Assembly (NCBI GenBank): GCA_013239625.1
Contig: MU053934.1
Coordinates: 7,771,352 to 7,835,351 of the forward strand
Origin: Lama guanicoe
Taxonomy: Eukaryota
Direction of reading: 5' to 3'
DNA: 64,000 nt
In this document: positions 13,471-25,155 of the stretch, piece by piece
How the letters are laid out: each line of letters opens with the position of its first letter
How positions within the stretch are numbered: the first letter of the stretch is position 1
The notes under the pieces: generated by a model
Told to the model about the DNA's origin: nothing
Databases searched by the model: none
Seen by the model: the letters and a program-made list of their open reading frames with translations, nothing else
Program-made: the position numbers and the translations under genes

Positions 13471-14479
13471 TAAAACTAAGCCCTAGAGGTGTGGTCAGTT
13501 GACACCGAGGGCCTGCAACTGCTCCTGCCCAACATGGGGCAGGAACTGGCCAGCTTGGGCACAGCCAGATGCCAAGACAGTCCCGCTTGGGCCTCTGCCA
13601 GAGAGTTGTTGCTGGAAGACGGAGAAATAAATATAGACTTGTGGTGGTTGTGTGGAGCTTGCATAAACAAAGCTGAAGATGTGCGGGACCTCAGGCACAT
13701 AGCTGGTCACCCCCTCAGAGCATCTGCAAGGGGAGGGAGCTGTTAGGAGCGGCTGCAAGATGCACGAGGGTATCTGTGGGCTTGGCTTACATCGAGGTCG
13801 CTGCCCCTAGGCGGGTAAGACTGTGTGTGATTAGGAATTGATGGTGTGGGTGGGGAGGGTGCCAATTCCCCAGATATGTGAGTGAGCCCAGTGCCCAAAG
13901 GGCCAAGGTGCTCCACCAGGTGGAAAGAGGAAGGCTCACCTCCGACTAAGCAGCGTGAGATGTCCTTGCCTTCAAGCAGGTGCAGCAGCAAGGAGCCGAG
14001 GCTCTAAGAATCTGGGACACTGGGCTGGGCTGTCGCAGACTCCTGCTTCCCTAATCCACGTCTCGGGGGCCCTGTGTGAGTTTGCTGATGAGCTCTGCCG
14101 CCTGTGTCTGTCTCCAGGGGCCCCCGCAAGGACCCCAGAACTGGGACTAAGAGTAACAGTAAGCTAAACAATGTTCTGCGTATTTACTGAGGCTGAAGAA
14201 TAACAGCTCCCCACCAGGAGCAGCCGATGGCGGGGAACTGGGATTGTGAAGCAGCCCTCAACCTCCTGATGGATGGAACAGCTCAATTAGCCTAATTACT
14301 CAGTTAGACTAATCTTGACTTATGTGTCCTTGGGCCTTTAGTCATTTCGCGTTTCCCTCTGAGTCACTGGTCTTAAGCAATGAAACTTCTGCTTTATCCA
14401 CGTTCCCCATGTGGCTTAGTCCTATATCGAGCATGTAACAGGAACCCTCAAAACGTTTACAAGAGAGAGGATGGCAGGC

Positions 14480-14900
14480 TGTCGTGTTTGCCTGCCTCGT
14501 ATCTACTCTCTCCTTCTCCCACAGGAACAGAATCTTGCTTTTCTGGAGGTAGCAATGTACCCAGCCAAACAACGTTATATACATACATATTTGTATTTAT
14601 ATTTATACCGTTTCCCATCCTTCCCTGTCAGTATGGCCATATAACACAATCCTGGTTAACAAAATGTAAGCGAAAGCTCCTGGGAGGAGCTTCCAAAAAA
14701 GCCCTTTAGAAAGGAAAGACTTGTCTGGCTCAAGCCTTTGGCCCTTCCCTTTCCCCTTTCTTTATGTCTGAAACATGTGACGGCTGCGAGGGGTGCGGGG
14801 CTCTGCCACAGAGTGTGGGGGCCGGCTGCACGTCTAGGGATCCCAGTGGGCTTCTGAAACACCTGCTGCCCTCCCTCCGCTGGTGGCGTCAAGGCTCCAC
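14480..14900 (+). mobile_element. ERVL LTR (LTR33-like)
   Basis: acagaatcttgc...gcaatgtacccagc...tggccatataacacaatcctgg...aatgtaagcgaaagc motif order recalled from LTR33. Confidence 0.6.
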
Positions 14901-14924
14901 GGGGGATCCTAGTTACTCTCAAAG

Positions 14925-15980
14925 TTCATCCAATCATTCAGCAAACGTTTGCAGAGCCCTACTGTGTGCCAAGCACTTGGGATGCATCACAGTCCAAAAG
15001 AGAAAAATGTCTACCTTGTGAGCATACGTTTAGTGGAGGAAGATGAGCGAACAAACAATAAAGAAATGAGCACACGGACTGTAAGTACAATGTGGTGGCA
15101 GTCAGTGATAACACCGTGAAAAAGAAAGCAGAGAAAAGGAGATGGGCGTCGGGGCAGGTACGTCTGCCGAGGGAGCGCCAGGCTCGCCTCGGCGGAGGAG
15201 GCGCGGTCGGACCGAGACTTGCAGGTGAGGGGGCCACCCACACGGGCATCGGAGGGACTGCCCCAGGTTGGGGGCACAGCCCTTGCCAAACGGGTCTGTA
15301 TCTGAGGAAGAGCAGGAGGCTGGTGCGGCTGGAGCATGCGGAGCAAGGGGAGGGCGGTCAGAGGTGGAGGCAGAGAGGTGATGGGTGGCTGGGTCGTGCG
15401 GGGCCTTCCAGGCCTTCCTAGGACTCTGGTTTTTATTTGAGCAAGACGGGGAGCCACTGGAGGGTCCTGTCACCAATTTATTGGAGGGTCACCCGGGCTG
15501 CTGGGTTATGACTCAGCTGCAGAGGGCATGGCAGGAGCAGGGAGAGCGCTGAGGAGGCAGCCGCGATAGCCAGGAGAGGGGCTGGGGGATGATCGTCACA
15601 TCAGGGACAATCGCAAGGGGGCCGACAGGCTTGGGTGATGAACTGGATGTGGGTGTGAGAGAGAGAGGACAGTCAAGGAGGACGCCAGGCGTCCAGCCCT
15701 GAACAGCTGGAAGACAGGGTGCCCTGGACTGAGACTGGAGTGGCGCTGGCCGGGCAGCCTTGGCGAGGAGACCAGCATCTCTCAGACCCCACGTGGGGAG
15801 GTCCAGCAGGCAGGGGGTGCCTGAGACTGAAGTTTCAGGAGAGCGGTCTGCGATGTGAACGCAGGAGACACTGGCTTATCGGTGGCAGAGGAAGCTAAGA
15901 TGGGAGGAGCTTCAGCTCAGCTGATGGACCTAAGGGTGACCTCAGGTGAGAAGCTGTCCTGAGAGCCCTGGGTGCCAGTC
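14925..15980 (-). mobile_element. LINE-2 fragment
   Basis: Starts with the reverse complement of the L2 3' end (cattcagcaaacgtttgcagagccctactgtgtgcc); internal gggagccactggagggt. Confidence 0.8.
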
Positions 15981-17283
15981 CCCGCTCAGCCACCACCGAC
16001 AGCCCTTCTCCGAGGCAGCCGCTTTCCCCCTCTGCTTGATGCCTCGTTTCCTGTGAACCCGTGAACTGACTCTGTGAATCAAGACGGCTGAGCACGGGGG
16101 TCACTGGAGGCTGTCATGCATCAGGGGTCAGAGCTGGTGCCAGGAGATCCGGGGCTTAGAATCTAAGACCAGGTGCCCTGGGAGGTTCGATGATACCCAC
16201 CCGTTTAGCACCATGAAGTTGCTTTCTCGTCAGAATTAGCAATGACTAATGATCACACAGCCACCTGGTCCACAAACCAGAAATCTAGGAGCCACCCTTG
16301 GACCTCTCCTCTCCCCTACACGTTATCCCCTCTTCGTAAGTCTTTCTGGAATCTGGCCTCCTCACCACGCCCCATGTGCTCACACAGCATCAGACCCTCC
16401 GTGTTTGTTCTGTTTGGGGAGGGGGGGTCCGGACTGTTTGGATGGCTGTCTAATCCCATCTCTGCCTCTCGCCTGCTCCCCCTCTACCCACCCTCCAAGA
16501 TGCCACTGTCAGGAGGCTGGGAAATGAGATCCAGGAAGCGCCTACTGCAGCGCCTGGCCTGGGGGCAGGCGCCAGATAAACAGCTGCTACTGATACAATC
16601 ATTCTCTTCTTGGAAATATATTCCACCGCCTTCTAAATTTGTCCACACGGACGCTGCGATGTTTCCCTTAAAAAAACAGCTGAAAATGATTAGCTGGAGG
16701 CATCATAATAGGAACTTTAAGCAATGATTTAAATTAATTCCTTAGAAATCTATGTAGAACCTTTCAGAGTCCTTTCTGGCAGAACCTCACCGGTTCCCAT
16801 AAGCACATGCAAATCAGTACTCTGAGCTTCCCATTTTCACTGCCAGGTTTGTTCCCACTTTCTCGAGGAACAAACCACAGCTCTGTTATCACAGCATCAC
16901 GGGAAGTCCGGGCTGGCAGGGATGGGGGCCTGAGCAGCTTTCACTCGCATCCCCAGGCTGCCCCACTGTGCACACGGAGCCAGGCACCCCACGGACGGCC
17001 AAAGAAAGCATCAGTGATGTCGTGTTTTGAAAGTTTAACTATCATAAACCAGCCATATCCACATCAAAAGCATTCTCTGAAGAAAGTTGCCAAAGACATT
17101 TTTGGCCAGAAGAATCCTTTTAAACTGTTGAAAGATGCCCAGGAATGAATCTGCCTTGCCCTGGAATAAACCCTCACTGAAGAAACTTGCTGCCTATCGC
17201 CTAGAGCACGTTAGGACAGTAATGCAACTGACTTCTTCAGGAAAAGAGGAAACCCAGAAACGCAGGGAGGCCCATTCTCTTAC

Positions 17284-17452
17284 CTTCTTGAAGTCTTGCA
17301 CAGTAACTTTGCCACTGGGCTCCTTGCTGAAGTCAAGAAATCGTTTTCTGAATGCTGGGTCCTGCTGCTGTACACAGGCTTTGAGTTTTGCGGTAACTTC
17401 ATCCTTGGTCATGTTCTCGGTCGCGGCACTTTTACTCCCAGCGGGCTTGGTT
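17284..17452 (-). CDS. EFCAB6: EFCAB6 exon (~exon 17), 169 nt, phase 2/0
   Basis: ttttag|AACCAAGCCC...TTCAAGAAG|gtaaga; encodes (R)TKPAGSKSAATENMTKDEVTAKLKACVQQQDPAFRKRFLDFSKEPSGKVTVQDFKK. Confidence 0.96.
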
Positions 17453-19011
17453 CTAAAATCACAAGCAGGCGCTCAGATCCAGCAGAGCGCTTCCTACAGA
17501 CCTCCCCCGTTCCTGAGCCAGCCCAGGACAACAAGGAGTCACAGCCCCTTTTCACAACCGAGGAAACAGCTGCTCAGGTGGGTGGAGTGACCTGGGGGCC
17601 TATTACAGCGCAGGGCTTGTGGGTTCAGAGCCAGGTCTGCAGGACCGCGCCAGGCAAGCAAGCTCTCGCTGCGGCGGCAGGCCAGGGTGGGGGGCTCCGG
17701 GGAAGCGGATGCCCTCATCCCTATGCTAAGATTTTCGGCTGTGCGCTGAGCTGGCCGAATATGGCGTGTGGCTGGGCAGACATGGCTGGAAAAGGATATT
17801 TTCGTGAACTGGGAAAATGAGAAGTCAGAACCTGTTAATAAGCTTTAAATTAATCGGGCCGTTTCACGGTAACTGGATCACAGAGGTCATCAAAGAGCCA
17901 TGGGAAGGAAGGGAAGTCCACGATTAGTCCAAGTGGATTCATAAAATCAACTTAATTTATAAAAGGCAGACTCTATGCGCTGTGTGTGGGAGTGTGAGAA
18001 CGTGTGTGTAATTGAACGATAACGATTTCTCTTTCTCCAGCAGTCTCGGGAGCCCATTTCGACAGCGGTGAGATGGTCCTGGAGAACGGACTTCTCCTTT
18101 CCTGCTGCTTCTGTCAACTTTCAAGAGCTCCCCAGGAATGCCCACATTTATGAGATGCTTAATTGCTATTACTTCTTTCACTGGTTTTAGGACACAGACA
18201 TAGCTCCTCACAGAATGTTTAACCTTTCTCTTAAAACACCTTCCTTCTGCCCATTTATAAAGCAGCTACACTAAAATGCCCAGATATTCAAATTTCATTA
18301 GCACAGCATTAAAAGATTCCCATTGCTCTAGACTTAAGAATTTTTTAAAGGGATGTGACAAAGTGAAGTCTGTCTTCCTTATGGATTTACCATAAGCTAT
18401 GAAGAAGCAAATTAAAATAATATCTTTTCATTAGACGAAGCCTTTGTTTTTCAAAATGAGGAGGGGCTCTTAGAATATTCATCAGCCCGATTTTTAATAG
18501 ATTTCCCAAGTATGTTTTATTGTTACAATTCAATTTGGCAATCATTTATACTTAAATTCTATCATTCATGTTAGAAACTGCTAACCAGTTTAAGGGGTGT
18601 ATTTTGCAATAAATATTAAACGGTGGTAAGGAATCTAGGTTTCTGGAAAAGCGTAAGTGTGAATGCAGGTATGTGATAGCTGAGTGGCAGACGGGTTCTT
18701 TGGGAGGTGGAGGTCCTGGGTCCTGCCCCCAAGACTACCACTAAGTTTGTGGGTAACCCGAGGCAAGTCTCCAAACCTCTCAGACCTCAGAGCTCTAATT
18801 TCTAGAACTCATAGGTCAATTCAGTAATTCCTAAGATCTCTGCTTGCTCTAAAATTCCCTGACTCTAATCACTGCATTTCTAGTTAGCCATGTTTCTTAT
18901 TTAAATCATAAAATATTTAAATACTCATTTAGTCAACAAATATTTACTAACCACCCATCCTGCAACAGGCACCGTGGTTTTCATACACGCTTGTGTTTTG
19001 CCTTCGTTTAC

Positions 19012-19185
19012 CTCTCAGAAGGATCCGGCTGTTGCTGTTCCTCTTTTTGAAAATGTTCATTGAACAGCTGATCCTTTGGAACAAGCACTGGAGAGGCAGT
19101 GGGCGGGCCATTAATTCCTATGCACGCCAAGAGCTTCTTGTAAAGGATTCTTCCTGAAGCAACATCCTGAAACTTACTGCAGAGT
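19012..19185 (-). CDS. EFCAB6: EFCAB6 exon (~exon 16), 174 nt, phase 2/2
   Basis: attcag|ACTCTGCAGT...TCTGAGAG|gtaaac; encodes (K)LCSKFQDVASGRILYKKLLACIGINGPPTASPVLVPKDQLFNEHFQKEEQQQPDPSE. Confidence 0.95.
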
Positions 19186-19204
19186 CTGAATTTTTAAAAT
19201 AATT

Positions 19205-19880
19205 AGAAAACATCCGTTAGAATGGCTAAAAGAAGACTGGCCCAACTAAGTGTTGGCAAGGAGGTAACTACAGCTCCCCGCCACGACTGGTGGGAAGCGA
19301 AATGGTGCAGCCACTTTGGAAGACAGTTTGGCCACTGAACACACTCACCGGAGGAGCCAGCTGCTCCACCCCTAGGCACTTACCAAACAGAAATAAAAAT
19401 GTATGTCCACACAAAGACTGGTACAATATGCGCAGCATTATTTGTAACAGCAAAAATGAAATAAACCAAATGTCCGCAACAGATGAATGGATCCACAAAG
19501 AGGGATAAGGCCACACAACAGAATGCGACTCAGCCACGAACAAGAACCAACCGAGGACGCACGTAACGACGGGCGTGAATCTCTATGTCATTACACTTTA
19601 TGAATAAAGCCCGACAGAAAAGAGAACAGTTCGTACGCTTTCATTTCTATCAAGTCCTAGAAAACGTAGTCATCTGTATGACATGGCTGCTAGGTGGGCG
19701 GGAGAGGTGAACTGCCAAAGGCCACAGGAGCCTTTTGGGGGTGATGAAAAAGTTCAGTATCTTGACTGACAGCTTGTGATGGGTTCATGGATCTACACAC
19801 ATGATGGAGTTCGTCAGAGCGTGTCATTTAAGTATATGGTTTATTGTCTGTAAGAATATTGCAATAAAGATCTAACAAAC
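19205..19880 (+). mobile_element. L1ME/MB-type 3' end
   Basis: aatggtgcagccactttggaagacagtttgg...atgtccacacaaagactgg...gcaataaag. Confidence 0.85.
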
Positions 19881-21129
19881 GTAGAATAAAGAAAAAATTT
19901 AACTGGAAATTTGGGTATGGAATTATGGAAGTCTTTTATTGGAATTTGGGGTGTGCAAATATTTGAGAAAAACATAGGAAACCACTATTATGCAGACTTG
20001 CTTTCTTTTTCGACATTTTGCTTGTTAATATTTTTCTCATCATAAACATTGCGTGTGCTCAGTGTTGCAAACTTGGTCAAGCCTGAGGCCCCAAACAAAA
20101 TCCCACAGATTCGCTACAATGCACAAGGCTATAGCACACAGTAGGTGTGGGTGTGAGCCCCGGCACCAGCTCTCGGACCTAAGAGAAGGTGGCCGTTCAC
20201 GGGGACGGGTCTGTGGACACTTTCAGGGCACAGTGAGGACGCAACTCTTTTTGCATGAATACTAGGCACCCTTCGTCTGTCCCACCCCGAGTCTCTCAAG
20301 CATGTATAGCGGACCTTTTGGAGGCTACGTGCTGTGTGATTGTCCCTGCTCTGATGACCGCCGAGCACGTGCACAGGCAGACTGGGTTCTAACACGCCCT
20401 AGGGCTGCGGGAACGTTCGGGGCACACACGAGGAGCTACAGTGAGTTTTCAGAGATTAACTCAGTTTCTTTTTTTCACATTGTTTCTATTGAAGGCCATT
20501 TAAAGGGTGCTCTCTTGCTGCCATCACACAAGGAAGTGATAAGGGAAAGAAACTTCACTGAAGTGAAGACTGTCAGAGCAAAGTGAAGATACATCACTGT
20601 CATGGGATCTAAATAGCAAGTGCCTTCTTTACCTTCACTTCTTCTCACACGAAGGAAAAGACGATCTGTGAAGAGCTGTCATATATATGATGGCCCGTCT
20701 GATATACGTATGATTTTGGACTAGACATTACTAACTAAAGGAGCTGGACATGCCGATAAAATTACGCAGGGTGAACCTGGCTTAGTCCGTCTCTGATTCC
20801 CATCCTGCGGGTAGACCATACCTGTAAATGACTTTGTCATCTGACTCAAACATGTTAGCTGACCTTCTTTACAGCGTTTCACTAGCTCCTGACTAGCTAC
20901 CTTTGGCTACAGCTGCTATAATTTCCGTAATCTCGTCATCATCTGATGAATCGTTATCTTGAAACCCCAAAGTTTCCCCTGAGCCGGCAGGAACACAAGC
21001 AGTGAGTCTGCTTTCACGTGCGGCAGCAGAGGTTCAATGTCTCCGTTTTAACTTCTAACACAGTAAGGACTGACACAATACTCCAAGCAACAAAAACTCT
21101 TTAAGGTCCTCGGTAACTTTCAAGAGCAT

Positions 21130-21820
21130 CAAAGGATAAGAAACACTGGGCTGGGGCACGTCACCCCTTCGAGGCTTCAGTGTCCTCACACATAATAAAA
21201 GTCCCTGCCTCAGAGGATTACTGTAAAAATTACGTGCAAGGATGGACAGAAAGGTCTTAGCACCGGGCCAGCATGCTGCATGTGCATGTGCTCAGCCCTC
21301 TGTGGCTGCGACAGCAGTACCATGGTATCAGGGCGACACACGTGGAGCCAGGGGTCAGAACACAAGCTCGGAAGCCATCCTTCGCTCGGTAAGCACCGGC
21401 AACGGTCCTAACTGCGGCAGGAAGCGCTGCTGCTGCGAGGTGATGAGCACTGCACCTCGTCGCTACAACGGTGAGCGGAACGGAGCGACGCCCCCCTCGT
21501 GGAGCTTCAAGGGGCCGGGAAACTGTTCACTCCAACCAAGGGAACAGATCATCCAAGAGCCCAGAGGCAACAGAGAGCTCGGTGCTTTCAAGAAATAGGA
21601 AGCGGTTCAGCCCAACCAAGTTGAGCCCCACAGGACCAGCCGCAGCAAACGTTTATTCAGAGCTTGCTGTGGGCTTGGGAAAGGCTTTGTGTCCATCTGA
21701 TCTCATTTGATCCTTACCGCAACTCTCAGAGTGGTTAAGTACCTTACCCAAGTTCACAGCTAGTTCAGGGCTGAGCCAGGATTGGAACTCAGGCAGTCTG
21801 GCAGCAGAGCCCAAGCTCCG
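21130..21820. mobile_element. Two MIR fragments (~21130-21300, ~21650-21820)
   Basis: MIR motifs (cttcagtgtcctcac...; ggattggaactcaggcagtctggc). Confidence 0.65.
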
Positions 21821-22749
21821 GAGAGGTTCGAGGATCCTGAAGGGCTGGGAAGCCACTCTCTGCTAAAGCTTCAGGGTATTTTCCTAATGGCAAGAGGACA
21901 TCCAAGTGCTTCAAGCAGGGTGATCATCTTTGTGGTTTAGGCAAAGACTGGCTACACAAGGGGGAACAGAAAAGAGAGGCTTGCATCTCAAATACCTAAT
22001 TGCCTACCCATCCAGCCCACTAAAGTTCATTCATTCATTCCCTCACTTGACACTTAAGAAGCCCTCCCTGTCCACAAGCCAGGCACTGTTCTGCCCTGAG
22101 GTACTGGGGCTTCGGGATGAAGAGACAAAGTCCCTGCACTTTACAGCTTTGACAAGAGCCATGAAAATGGAGCTGGGTGACAGGTGGAGAGTAACTGGGA
22201 GGTGGGGGGGGTGGAGAAGGCGGTGAACAGAGTGACCAGCCACTGTGTGCTGACGTGTCACCAATCTCCCCTCCAAGTTAACGTGTCCAGAACAGAATTT
22301 CTGATGTTCACCACTGAATCTGTTCCTCCCACAGCCTCCCCCATCTCACAGGGTAATCTGAGTACCCAGGTGCTGGGGCCAGAAGCTTGGCCTCACCCCC
22401 GCTCCCTTCTCACCCCATCCCACTCCATGCCCCTGGCTGTGCTCCAAACACATCCTGGACCTCCAAGTGCTCTCATGACACTTATTTCTGGAAGAACCAC
22501 AGAGACAATGGGTCGCTCCATTTGTGGGGCGGGGGGGTGGGCAGGGAGGCGGGAGGTGGGTTCTTGTTACACCAAACTGATTTCCAAAGAGGCTTTATCA
22601 CTTCCACTTCCACCCGCACACGTGAGAGGAGCAATTTCTCCACCTTCTTGCTCTATCTTTTTATGTGTTTGCAAATTTGCATTTCTTCTACTTCAAATGA
22701 TATCTAATGTAGTTTGTTTGTTTTTTTTTTTTTTTACTTCTTAACCTAC

Positions 22750-23005
22750 ATTTGAACAAAGCGATGGCAAATCTTGTGCTCAGAGCCTTTGGCAGAGACA
22801 TCTCATCAGGATTTAATCATATTGTTTTCATGATACCCAGTCTAGGGTAACTTCTTTATAGCAAGTGATGCTGTTTTTACATGTATGGTGATGAGAAAAG
22901 GCTGTTTTTTTTTTAATAAATTAATATAATTCAGGAAAAGAGGGGTTGATATAAAGAAAATAAAATGTACTAAGGTAGAACACAAATGCCTGCAGTCTGG
23001 GTGAC
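22750..23005 (+). mobile_element. hAT-Charlie-like DNA transposon 3' fragment
   Basis: AT-rich tail resembling recalled Charlie 3' ends (tttttacatgtatggtgatg...aataaattaat...taaagaaaat). Confidence 0.45.
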
Positions 23006-24839
23006 AGCTTCCTCTTTATGGACAAGCAAACAGAGACCCCGAGAGGTTCTCTTCTCTTGCCCTGTGGAAGTTGCTCCCAACTTTAACAGTTTCTCAGGCT
23101 CCCTCTTCCACCTCCAACCTCCCCCTCAGCGGATGATCTGGCCTCTCCTGCCCTGAGAAAGAAGTCCTGAGGGCAGGGCTCCTTTGTTAGCTCCTCCAGG
23201 TCTCCTTCCTGTCCCGGCTCTGTCTGCTTTTTCTCCCCAGATTCTGGTTCTAGTCTCTGGCTTTCCATTAATTTCTCCTCCCAGCCCACGGACAAGCGCA
23301 AAGCATGACTGTGAAGCAGGGGAGTCTCTTCTCAGCACTGTATTCTCCTGCCCCACAGGAGCATCAGCATTGCAGGCACCTGCTGGCCGCACCCCTCCCA
23401 GCCCCGCTTCCTGCTCAGCCCACCTGCTTCCTCTGCCAAGTGTGACCTCGCTGGCCTCCTCCTGCTCCCTGGGACTTCCTCCCCCTTCACCTCAGGCACT
23501 GTCCTTCTGTCCCATCACCCTGACCAGCCGGGGCCCTGGCTATCTGGTGGCATTCTGCCAGGTCCTACCCAAGGCCCTCTCACCCCAGACGGGCTACCGT
23601 CTACCCCAGACAAGTGCTTGTTTAGGGAAGGAACACACTGTTGGTGTGATGAGGATCCTGGAGTCTCATCTCCGCCCAGGCTCCTCTCTGAGCCCCGCGT
23701 CCTTCTGGAGTCTTTCTCTGGTGTTTTCACCCCAACTGGCTTACTCCTTCTGCGTTCCCTAACTGCCAGCGGCACTGCCTCCCAGCTGCCTGCTCGAGCA
23801 GCCCCTGCACCATCACCTCCTCTGCCATCACCTTCCACGTCCAGAGTCACCAGAGCTGTCCTTCTACTGCCCAAAGCCACCCCAAAGTAGCTGTGCCCTG
23901 CTGCTGTCCTCTGTCACCCCCTCTTTTCGAGCCCCTTCCTTTTCCTTTCCCCGTAGGACATCTGCTCTCCTCACAGGAGCCACGTCCCAGGCTCCGGTCC
24001 CCTGCAGCTCTGCTTCTCAACCACGGCAGGGCCAGCAGGGACGTCAGCGCGGCAGCACCTGGCCCAGCCTGGGGACGGGGCACAGGCACCGGGCTTTCCA
24101 AAGCCCTCCAGGTGGCTCTCAGGCGTAGAGGAGAACCCCATCCGCCGGATGCAGCCAGCTCCTCAGTGCGGAGCCGACAGTCCTGCCTGCCCGACCCTGC
24201 CCGTCCCGCGGCCTCAGGCCCGGCCGTTCCTCCCCTTCATCATCTCCTGCAGAGTGACATCTGCAGAGAGGGACCGCCCCAAGGGGCGTGCCCCTCCACG
24301 TGGGGCGTGAAAGGGACACCAGGTGGGAGACCCATGGGGCCTTCAGGACACTGCTCTCTTCTTTCTCCTAATATCCCTGCCCCCTTCCAGCTGCAGCTCA
24401 TCCACCACAAATTAAGCTTTAAGCTAACTGAAACAAAAATGTAATTCAAGTCACTGCTTATGGGATGGCTGATCATGGCCAGACCCTGGGAGGTAAAACA
24501 GCGCAACGATTAAGAGCACCGGAGGCATGGAGACCAGAGAGGGAACCGGGCTCCGCTGCTTCCACCCGCATGACGCTGAGCAGCTGTTTAACTTTCCGGG
24601 CCTCCGTTTCCTTGTCCACGAAAAGGAGCTGCAACAGCTGCTTCCATGCTTGTGCTGAGGGCTGAATCATAGAGCACACACCAGACTCTCAGCCAAGGTC
24701 CCAGGGTTAGTATGGACTCAACCAATAGTAGCTGTTATCAGTGTGACCTAGTAACACTGCAAAAATACATAGAAAAGGTTTCAAATTGTAAGACAGACTT
24801 TACGGAAAATGTGGCATGAGCTGTCACCAAAAAACTTAC

Positions 24840-25000
24840 TTTACCAGATGTTCGGTTGTTAAAAATGGGCAGAATATGCGCATGATTTTCCTGAATTTAT
24901 TTCTCCCAATGAGCCCCGTGTCTCCGAGGTCATGTGACCGTAGCATATTGTAGAAAGCTTGTAGATTCTTAATAATCGAGTCATGAACAATTTCTTCCAC
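24840..25000 (-). CDS. EFCAB6: EFCAB6 exon (~exon 15), 161 nt, phase 0/2
   Basis: gttag|GTGGAAGAA...CATCTGGTAAA|gtaagt; encodes VEEIVHDSIIKNLQAFYNMLRSHDLGDTGLIGRNKFRKIMRIFCPFLTTEHLV. Confidence 0.95.
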
Positions 25001-25095
25001 CTAACACAAAAAACAAACACATTTACCAAGCTGCACGTGTGTAACCTGGGCGGGGCGGCTAGCACCCTGAGGCCACGCAGGAAAGGGTTACTTAC

Positions 25096-25155
25096 TGAGT
25101 CCCACGCCAGGAGGAGAGGCGCCTTGGTGTCTTCACAGGAGGACGTTTTGCTTAG
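25096..25155 (-). CDS. EFCAB6: EFCAB6 exon (~exon 14), 60 nt, phase 0/0
   Basis: aaccag|CTAAGCAAA...TGGGACTCA|gtaagt; encodes LSKTSSCEDTKAPLLLAWDS. Confidence 0.93.

Noticed and set aside
12985..13750. ORFs resembling a Tx1/ERV pol fragment (ILGVDFGP..., DTEGLQLLLP...)
   Set aside because: The nucleotide sequence fits an old L1ME-type 5'UTR better, and no RT or integrase catalytic motifs are present.
18026..18075. Plus-strand micro-exon-like signal (polyY-CAG...GTGAGA) suggesting an antisense transcript
   Set aside because: An isolated signal with no partner exons or promoter; such matches are frequent by chance.
20943..20976. CTGATGA...GAAAC...GTTTC hammerhead-like core
   Set aside because: Stem II and stem I cannot pair.
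22184..24444. Long GC-rich ORFs (183-192 aa)
   Set aside because: They overlap L2/MER5-like repeats, have Pro/Ser/Leu-biased composition and no domain; expected by chance at this GC content.
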